Positions 19,798-28,300 of a stretch of DNA of 64,000 bases are shown here, one piece after another. The position numbers and the translations under genes are program-made. This DNA is from a virus (taxonomy: Duplodnaviria > Caudoviricetes), in the IMG/VR virus record IMGVR_UViG_3300028603_000017, positions 64,001-128,000 of that record. The stretch is one strand, 5' to 3'. Under the pieces are notes generated by a model. The model was not told the DNA's origin. It saw only the letters and a program-made list of their open reading frames with translations, and did not search any database. Every line of letters begins with the position of its first letter. The first letter of the stretch is position 1.

Positions 19798-19844
19798 TGG
19801 AAATAAGTCCTAATTATTTATTTCACTCATTTAATTTGAAGCAA

Positions 19845-19883
19845 CATACACTCCAGGTAGGGATTACCCTACCTGGAGCTATG
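19845..19883. terminator. CATA...TATG palindrome 6, between fibre paralogs
   Basis: CATA-ca-CTCCAGGTAGGG-atta-CCCTACCTGGAG-c-TATG. Confidence 0.7.
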
Positions 19884-19895
19884 CTGTGTTTTTAT

Positions 19896-22800
19896 TTATG
19901 AAACCCCACCACCAGCTTGTTCAAAAGTCCAGATTTGTCTTCTTACCTTTGTAATAGAAGCAAACTGTGTGGAAGATACTTCTAATGTTCCATGTGCTGT
20001 ATTTAGAACACCGTGTTGTCTATGTTGTTTCCAAATATAAAGAAAGAAACCATTATCTACACCAGGGAATATATCCTCACCTGTCAACACCTTGTTTAGC
20101 ACATCTGTTGAAGTCATTGCGTTTACACTACTTATAGTAACACCGAGGTTTTTTGCAAAAGCTAGTATAGAATAAACACTAGGTGTATCATCTATAAGGG
20201 TTATGTAATCTGAGTTATTATCTTCAGCAAAATAAACATAACTCGAATGAACGGCATTATCTTCACTGATATCGGGTCTAGTAATATCAGTTATTGATAG
20301 TCTTTTCTTAGTAGTGTTGTATACTAGCTTCACATTACCTATTGTAATACCATTACCGTCAGTCAAAGGCACTGTCTTTGATTGATAAATATCGCTATCA
20401 AAAGAGAACCTAAATTTATTACTATAGCCTCTACTTAGTAAGTCGTCGTGTGTGTAACCCTCACCAGTTTCAGAAAGAGTAACAGTAAGTTCGTAATCCA
20501 CTTCGATACTATAGCCTACAGCTGACTTAGGAATAGCTAAATCGATCCATTCTAATGTTTGGGCATACGAGTAATTATAATAAAACTCAATAAGACCTGA
20601 ACTAACAGATTCAATATCGATACCGTCGCTATGAGCTACTATGTTACTAGGATTTATAATTAACTCATTGGAGTCATCAGCGTTTAACACACTGTAATCT
20701 AGGTTTAAACTATGATATACATCATTTCCTAAATTATAGAGATGAAGTCTTACTCTTATACTGTCTCCGTAATCACTGTGATTAAACGGACTTACAATAT
20801 CGTTTATTACAAAAGGAATAATAGTTCTTCCCGTAGAAGCATGATCATATTCTAACCAATCTATATTAAAAATATAGTTATCGTCGGGACCACCACCACC
20901 ATAATAACCTTCAATAAATAGTTCATCATTAATAATGGTGTATCTATCATAATCACAAGTATTTTCTACAAAGTTATAATTTTGTTCATCGTCGGCAAGG
21001 AGCTGTGGATTATGTCCAATATAGAGTTTGAAGTTATTTGCAAACTCATAATCGTCATAATAAGACGTAAAAGGAATTCTATTACCACCAGTATGTGTTC
21101 TAATAAAACCGTCACCAATAACGTTCTTGACTCTTAATTGATAAGTGTTGGAAGAGCTATCAGTTCTGTCTATTGGCCAAAATGCAAAACCTTGAATAGG
21201 AGGCGATACTTCTTCACCAATATAACTACCGTAATGAAAATTGGTATTTGAATGTAGGTCAACGTTTTCAAAACCACAGTGTGATGACCAATAAGTAATG
21301 TCGGCTTCTACCGTATGATCTTCTTCACCTTCATATCCGTATCCGCCTATAAGTTTGATATTTTCATTAGAAGGATTGGATGAATTGTCCAAAGGTGAAC
21401 ACCATTGCGTCTTTTTAACCATTGGTGTTACTTGAACAGGAGGTGGTGGTTCCGGCTCAGGACTAGGCGCTGGTGGCGGAGGTTCAGGAGTATCGCAGCA
21501 AGGCGGACACTCTTCTAGTACACCTGTACCACACTTATAAATATCTAGTTGCTCTATCGGATTAATTTCGCCGCTACGATCTTCATCATCGCCTTCATTC
21601 TTACCAATAAAGAAAGTCTTTACAAATAACAAGAATAAGTCAAAAGTAATATACTTTCTAGCATTGTCTAAACAGAGTATTTCTTGTACACTGATAATAG
21701 GTAGATTCTCTACCAACCCTAATCCTATTTGACTCTTTGTAGTATCATGACCATTATCAACATCATTAATGTGAGTTAATAGTCTATTTTCTATATCCTC
21801 AAACTGAGGATACATAGCTATTCTTAAATGTGTAAAATGTACTTCAGGCTCACCTGAGCTGTGTTTTACAATGTAGAACTTTTTACCAGTTCTTTCAATT
21901 AAGAAATAAATACCGCCTCTATTGTTTTTATTACCACTGATTTTGGTAATCACAAATTGTTCAGAACTACCTGCATCTGTTGGATAAATACTTAAATTAA
22001 TACCAGCAGAGCCATTTGATGCTTGAGCTTTAGATACCAATGTTCTAATAGCGCCTGTTCTTAAATTAAGAATAGAATCAGCATCAGGAGATACGTTGGT
22101 TGTATTGGTCAAACCAATATGGGTAGTCTCTGAAAGTATAAAAGTATTGTACAGTACATTCTTAAATGCAATTAATGAATTCAGTGCAATATATTTAGCT
22201 ACTGGAAAGTTTTTGGTAATAGAATCAGATCTAGCGATAATTCTACCGTCTTCTTCAGTAGCTATTCCATAATTGCTTAAATTATCTAATCCAAAGAAAG
22301 CTGTATTGATTTGTCTTTTGAACGCTATCAATTGTGGACCAAAAAAAGCGTCCATCTTATATTTATTCTTTTGATTGATTTCATCAATAATTGAATTAAT
22401 ATAAAGAATTAAGTTTTTATAGGCTGGTAAGTCTGTATATGAAATAGCGTTTTGTATTTTATCTAACTTATGACAGATCTCCTCAAACCCACTAGGTGTA
22501 CCAATGGGGTGAAAGTGAGGAGTGGGAAACCATTCTTTAGGTTTCCCATCTATCTCATACCAGCTAAAATCTAATCCATCGTCAGGTATCTTATCTAGTA
22601 GATCAAATAATGTTTGAGCAGTTTGCTCCCACTCACCACCTACACATTGATAAGACACCTGGATGTTTTTACTGACTTGACGGTTGATAACCAATAAAGC
22701 ACCAAACACATCTTTACCAGTTCTTAAAGACATGATTTGATTGAGCTCAATAGGAACATAATCTATTCCTCTGACCAATATTCTCAAATCAGCCATATCG

Positions 22801-22949
22801 ACCATAACTACGTTGTCAGCATAAAAAGGACCAGCCTTTGTAACAACTGCTCTATTTCTTCTATCACTGAGTACGTGTTTTTCATCACCTACAAAGTTAT
22901 CAGGATTAGACCCTGTAAGATCTAATCCATATCTGAATAATGGTTGCAT
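19896..22949 (-). CDS. Tail fibre/baseplate-attached protein, paralog C (1017 aa)
   Basis: YGLDLTGSNPDNFVGDEKH, YQCVGG, NGHDTTKSQIGLGLVENLP, CPPCC/Pro hinge. Its C-terminus shares SITKVRR-x-x-W with paralog D. Confidence 0.75.
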   Translation of the reverse strand: MQPLFRYGLDLTGSNPDNFVGDEKHVLSDRRNRAVVTKAGPFYADNVVMVDMADLRILVRGIDYVPIELNQIMSLRTGKDVFGALLVINRQVSKNIQVSYQCVGGEWEQTAQTLFDLLDKIPDDGLDFSWYEIDGKPKEWFPTPHFHPIGTPSGFEEICHKLDKIQNAISYTDLPAYKNLILYINSIIDEINQKNKYKMDAFFGPQLIAFKRQINTAFFGLDNLSNYGIATEEDGRIIARSDSITKNFPVAKYIALNSLIAFKNVLYNTFILSETTHIGLTNTTNVSPDADSILNLRTGAIRTLVSKAQASNGSAGINLSIYPTDAGSSEQFVITKISGNKNNRGGIYFLIERTGKKFYIVKHSSGEPEVHFTHLRIAMYPQFEDIENRLLTHINDVDNGHDTTKSQIGLGLVENLPIISVQEILCLDNARKYITFDLFLLFVKTFFIGKNEGDDEDRSGEINPIEQLDIYKCGTGVLEECPPCCDTPEPPPPAPSPEPEPPPPVQVTPMVKKTQWCSPLDNSSNPSNENIKLIGGYGYEGEEDHTVEADITYWSSHCGFENVDLHSNTNFHYGSYIGEEVSPPIQGFAFWPIDRTDSSSNTYQLRVKNVIGDGFIRTHTGGNRIPFTSYYDDYEFANNFKLYIGHNPQLLADDEQNYNFVENTCDYDRYTIINDELFIEGYYGGGGPDDNYIFNIDWLEYDHASTGRTIIPFVINDIVSPFNHSDYGDSIRVRLHLYNLGNDVYHSLNLDYSVLNADDSNELIINPSNIVAHSDGIDIESVSSGLIEFYYNYSYAQTLEWIDLAIPKSAVGYSIEVDYELTVTLSETGEGYTHDDLLSRGYSNKFRFSFDSDIYQSKTVPLTDGNGITIGNVKLVYNTTKKRLSITDITRPDISEDNAVHSSYVYFAEDNNSDYITLIDDTPSVYSILAFAKNLGVTISSVNAMTSTDVLNKVLTGEDIFPGVDNGFFLYIWKQHRQHGVLNTAHGTLEVSSTQFASITKVRRQIWTFEQAGGGVS

Positions 22950-22959
22950 AGATTAAACC

Positions 22960-25197
22960 TTATTTTGCGGATACTGAACCAACATTGCTGCGGCATTCTC
23001 GATGTTGAATAATTATTGTATTTGATGTTGTTCCACCACCAGTAACAGAACCTTGCCAATTACCGATTGGTAAACCTGCTGTCTGGAATCCTCCAAGACC
23101 AAAAGACATACACTCACCACTAGGATCACCAGCAATAACAGAACCGGACCCATTGCCGTTTCCACCAATACCAATAGTTGTTTTGCTTTTGAGTACTTTA
23201 TGAGAACCATTTAGATACTTATAACTAAACTCTACTTCAAAATTACCTGGAGCAGCACCACTGACGTTAATAGTAATAATAGACGGCGTTCCAGGGTAAA
23301 CTACTGATTTACTGGCCGATATACTAATAGTAGGGTGATACACCGGTGGAGGTGGAGGCGGAGGAGGCGGAGGTGGTGGTTCAGGAGATGGAGGAGGTGG
23401 AGGAGGCGGAGGTGGAGGAGGCGGAGGAGGCGGAGGTGGAGGAGGCGGAGGCGGAGGTGGAGGAATAGATGCCTCCTCAGGTTTATACACCACCGTATTA
23501 TGTATCGATGTTTTATTACCTTTGAAGGTAAATATCGATTGAATAACACCTTCTTGTACACCTACTGCTAAATTACCCATAAAAGAACCGTACGCATCTA
23601 GCGTGTATTGTCTTGTTACAGGCGTATTAGCTCCTAGTTGTGTCCTCATTGTAAATGTAGATCTAGGCTCACCATTATTGACTGCCCAACCTACATTAGC
23701 TCCAATAGGGAAATTCCCATCCAAACCCGATACCGTCGGAGAATAAACAACTTCTGTTGACTTACCTGCTGGTGAATACACCACAACAGCATTGTCAATA
23801 ATAAACTTATTCCTACTCTCAGGTGTTGTAGGAGAATCTGGTCCATTTTGCAAGAAATGTACTCTAGCAAAATAAAGCAATGTATCAAAAGTAATATAAC
23901 TTCTGACACTCATAGGACCATCTAGTTCAGCTTGAGTAACGACAGGTAAATTTTCTACCTTATCTAACCCAACTTGACTTTTAATCAACTCGTGAGGATT
24001 ACCTCTGTCGTTAATATGGGCTTGTAGCGTAGCTGATATTTGAGCTATCTTGGTGTTGGTTGTAAACTTCTTCCAGATTAAATCAATACCTGCTATCTCT
24101 TCAGTTAAAGTACCCCAATAGGTATCTAGTGTATTTTGATCAATTAAGAAAACATCACTGTCGTTGCTATCAATACTGTTAGATAGCTTCATCACCACAG
24201 TTTCATTACTGAAAGAAAATCCATCAGGATAATAATTATTGCTAAAAACAGTTTCTGTATCAACAGCTTGGTTTCTGCTGATAGTATTGTATCTAGATAA
24301 ATTACCTGATCTCAGTATTTCACGATCACTAGGTATACCGTATTTACCTACAGCTAAATCAATACCTGTTAAATCTCGTCTAATGAGATTTTGATAAATA
24401 GCTTTCTTAAATCCAATCAGAGTTTCAATAAGAATATATTTATTCTCTACAGTCTGATTGGCTGTAAAAGATGGAGAGCCTAATTCTAAACCTTCTTTTT
24501 CTAAAGCATATTTTAGGTTAGCTATTTTATCTAAACCAATATATTCTTTTGTAAATATAGATTTAAAATCTTCTAATTTATCAGGCATGTTAGCATCTAA
24601 GTATGCTTCCATGTCTATTTGTATTTGAATTAAAGAAGTATCAATAAAAGCTAGTAGTTCTCTAAACGTTGTATAAGAGCCTACTCGAATAGCATTTTCA
24701 ACTCTATTTAATCCAGATACAATATATTCTAATCCATAGATTTCATCTGCATCATGCAAATGATGAGCAACAGGAGAAAACTCTTTGGGTTTATCCCTGA
24801 TCTCATCCCAAGGCACAGGTGTAAAAGGTGGTACTTTATCAATATAAGCTTCAATCAAATTGCTGGAGCTATATGTATCAGATCCACCTAATACTTGATA
24901 AGTTAAAGAGATAGGTAGTTTATCTAAATTTGTAATAAGAATAATAGCTGTACAAATTTCTTTACCTACCATCAAAGAAGCTTCTTGATTAAATTCAATT
25001 GGAATATAATCAACATTTCTCTCTAAGATATCGCCGTCAACATTCTTTACGATAAGAGATTCTGTAAAAAAGTTTTTAAATTCAGGTATAACAATGCCAG
25101 TAGATAAGTCGACATTGTCGTGAATTTCATCTTCAATTAAATTATCTGGATCAACACCAGTTCTATCTAATTGAAATTTTTGAACAATGGTAGCCAC
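22960..25197 (-). CDS. Tail fibre/baseplate-attached protein, paralog B (745 aa) with polyproline linker
   Basis: FQLDRTGVDPDNLIEDEIH, YQVLGG, NPHELIKSQVGLDKVENLP. Two small beta-sandwich-like domains are separated by a polyproline run. Confidence 0.75.
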   Translation of the reverse strand: MATIVQKFQLDRTGVDPDNLIEDEIHDNVDLSTGIVIPEFKNFFTESLIVKNVDGDILERNVDYIPIEFNQEASLMVGKEICTAIILITNLDKLPISLTYQVLGGSDTYSSSNLIEAYIDKVPPFTPVPWDEIRDKPKEFSPVAHHLHDADEIYGLEYIVSGLNRVENAIRVGSYTTFRELLAFIDTSLIQIQIDMEAYLDANMPDKLEDFKSIFTKEYIGLDKIANLKYALEKEGLELGSPSFTANQTVENKYILIETLIGFKKAIYQNLIRRDLTGIDLAVGKYGIPSDREILRSGNLSRYNTISRNQAVDTETVFSNNYYPDGFSFSNETVVMKLSNSIDSNDSDVFLIDQNTLDTYWGTLTEEIAGIDLIWKKFTTNTKIAQISATLQAHINDRGNPHELIKSQVGLDKVENLPVVTQAELDGPMSVRSYITFDTLLYFARVHFLQNGPDSPTTPESRNKFIIDNAVVVYSPAGKSTEVVYSPTVSGLDGNFPIGANVGWAVNNGEPRSTFTMRTQLGANTPVTRQYTLDAYGSFMGNLAVGVQEGVIQSIFTFKGNKTSIHNTVVYKPEEASIPPPPPPPPPPPPPPPPPPPPPPPPPSPEPPPPPPPPPPPPVYHPTISISASKSVVYPGTPSIITINVSGAAPGNFEVEFSYKYLNGSHKVLKSKTTIGIGGNGNGSGSVIAGDPSGECMSFGLGGFQTAGLPIGNWQGSVTGGGTTSNTIIIQHRECRSNVGSVSAK
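23344..23463 (-). repeat. Polyproline-coding tract P25-S-P-E-P12
   Basis: 38 of 40 codons are CCT/CCA/CCG, reading (NGG)n on the + strand. Confidence 0.95.
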
Positions 25198-25259
25198 AAT
25201 AAAAACCTCGCTTCATAAGGCGAATTTGTCAAACAAGACTCATGATATTTGTCGAGCAA

Positions 25260-25298
25260 CATAGCTCCAGGTAGGGTAATCCCTACCTGGAGCGTATG
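25260..25298. terminator. CATA...TATG palindrome 7, between fibre paralogs
   Basis: CATA-GCTCCAGGTAGGG-taat-CCCTACCTGGAGC-g-TATG; reverse complement of palindrome 6 with one mismatch. Confidence 0.7.
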
Positions 25299-25327
25299 AC
25301 TTTAAGTAATGAAATTAAACAATTTCT

Positions 25328-28300
25328 TTAGTCTATTTCATATCTGACAATAATGACGCCTGAGCCACCAGAACCACCAGTGCCCCAGTTATCATCGGTG
25401 GAGCCTGCAGCTCCACCACCGCCACCAGTATTAGGCGTACCAGCAGTACCATTAAAGGCTCCACCAGCACCACCGCCACCAGCACCACCGGCTCCACGGG
25501 TAGATCCAGCAATACCAGAACCACCGCCGCCACCAGCGTATCTGACTTCAGTGCCAGTAATTGAACTTATTCTACCAATACCACCATTGCCGGCAGTACC
25601 GTTAGTTGATCCATCTAGTAGAGATTGACCACCGGCTCCACCGGCTCCACCTCCACCGCCACCAGAGCTGGCCATACCAGGGTTACTACCACCAGCATTA
25701 CCTTGTCTGCTAACGCCTGATCCTCCTGGAGCAACAGATTGTGCGCCCTGATCGCTGCGCTGTCCACCAGCGCCACCACCAGATCCGCCGTTACCACCTG
25801 CCCCACCATTGTAATCTCCACCTCGACCACCACCATAAGCGACGATATCGAAGATAGAACTGTTACCACCGTTAGAAGAAGCTCTAGTGCCTTGAACACT
25901 ACCAAGTCCACCATTGCCTACAGTAGCAGGATAGGCTGTAGCTGTTGGTCTGAACTGACCTTCGAGCATACCACCAGCACCACCGCCACCTCCACGGCCT
26001 CCGCCACCACCACCACCTGCAATAATCAGGTAGTCGATCATTTGATCAGATGAGCCAGCGTTTGTAACCGTAAAGTTATCACTAACGTTGAAAGTATGTA
26101 CTTTATATTTCTTACCGCCTACGGTAATAGTAGTTTCACTACCACCAGCAGCTTGAATTCTTGTAGAGGATGTTACTTGGGTATAGATCTTGTAGCGAAT
26201 GATAACAATACCAGATCCACCAGCACCTGCAACAGTACCAGATCCACCAGTAGCACCACCGCCACCACCAGTATTGGGTGTACCTGGTGATCCAGAAATG
26301 CCAGATTCAGAGCCGCCATTACCGCCGCCACCTAAACCACCAGCACCACCAGATCCACCAGCGGCTCCTGCACCACCACCACCGCCAGCATAGTAAATAC
26401 TATCACCAGTAATGGCTGAGATGATACCAACACCGCCTGCCCCACCTTCTCTAGAGTCGCCCGGAACATTACCACCAGGACCACCCATACCACCGCCACC
26501 AGCTGAAGCTGTGCGTCCAGTAGAGCTAGCTCCTCTATTACCACCTCTTTGTCCATCAGTGCCTGGACCACCAGACCTGGCAGGTACGTTTGTTGTAGGC
26601 TTCGGATAAATACCGCCTGCACCACCACCGCATCCACCAGCTGCACCATCAGATAAGACAGCGCCTCCAGCGCCACCACCATAAGCTATATCAGAGATAT
26701 TAGAAATTTGAGAATTACCACCGGATTGTCCAGGCGCACCGCCTGATCCAACAGTAACTGCATAAGTACCTTGTGTAACGGTTGCAGAACCTACTTTAGC
26801 GCCTCCAGCGCCTCCGCCGCCACCTGTACCAGTAGCGCCGCCGCCACCACCTGCTACAACCAAGTATTCAATTTGATCTCTAGAGCAGCTTTTGGTAACT
26901 GTAAATGATCCAGAAGCTCTGAAAATATGTACGCGGTACTTTTGACCACTTATTGTAATTTCTTTGGTTTCACCACCTGTGGCTTCAATACAAGTTTGGT
27001 CAGTAGATTCTTCTACGCAATTGCGATAGCGTACAATGACAATACCTGAACCACCTTTAGCGCCAGGTCTTTCACCACCGTTACCACCACCACCGCCAGA
27101 ACCTGTATTGACTTTGCCTTCAGTAGGATAAGCGCCTTTATAGTTAGCACCATTGCCACCTACGCCAGAGCCACCAATACCTACGTTACCCGCAGGAGTA
27201 GCTACACCACCATAATTGGTATTGGTTGAAGATGCATTACAGCCCGCACCACCACCACCAGCACCATAATAGGCATTAGAGCCAGAGATATCAGATAGTT
27301 TACCGGCACCACCGTTACCGCCATGAATAGGTGCGGGTTGTCCGTTGCGTTGAGCGTCTTGGCCAGGGCCTCCAGCGCCACCACCGCCACCGCCTCCTCC
27401 GGTAACATACTTACTAGGAATAGCGACGTCTCCGCCTTTATTGCCTAAACCACTGGAGCTAACAGCGCCTGTTCTGGTTTGATTATGTCCAGGCTGGCCT
27501 GCACCACCACCAGAGCCGCCAGGCATGGCAGGAATATAGTTACCATTATAAGCACCACCTCGTCCACCACCTTGAGCAGTAATATTCATAAATGAAGAAT
27601 TACCACCATTACCAGGATGAACACCGCCGGCACCTACGACTACAGAGTATGATTGAGCAGATACAGTAGCTGTACCAATAATAACGTCACCACCTCCGCC
27701 GCCGCCGTTAGCGCCAGCACCGGTGCCTTGTGAGTTAGAACCTGGACAAGTGCCGCCAGGACCACCACCTGCTACAATTAGATAATCTATTACACCGCCT
27801 AGCGTACCTACATCAGTCACAGTAAATGTACCTGAGTCTCGGAACGTATGGATCTTATAGCAGTTAATAGTCGTAATCGTACCGCCTGTTGCTGAAATGG
27901 GTTTATTGCCTACTGGAGGTGTATAACCACATGTCGGTGAATTGGCTGTAATAATACGCTCATAATTACCACCAACACCATCAGCATAAATACCATAAAG
28001 GTCATAACCCTTACAATATCTAGACAGCTCAGTATCTCTAGGTGGATAAGTAATAGCTGCAATAAATCTGAACTCTCTAACATCAGACCATTCAGACAGC
28101 GTATCATCAGATCTTACCCAACGGCAGCGAACATAATAGTAAGTATTATTGATGAAGACATCAGGATCGTTGACCTTCCATTGCGTTAAAGTAAAGCCGG
28201 AGCCTTTACCTGCTGCTGTACTATCAACAATTGATCCACTCTCAAATAGATCATCTGTAGCTACTTCCCAAATAGTATCTGAGTGTGTAACGCTAGAACT

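Noticed and set aside
23301-23571. Arg/Trp-rich and Leu/His-rich ORFs resembling protamine-like peptides
   Set aside because: Shadow frames of the polyproline tract.
25333-27408. Pro-rich and Val-rich short ORFs
   Set aside because: Shadow frames of the Gly-rich fibre repeats.
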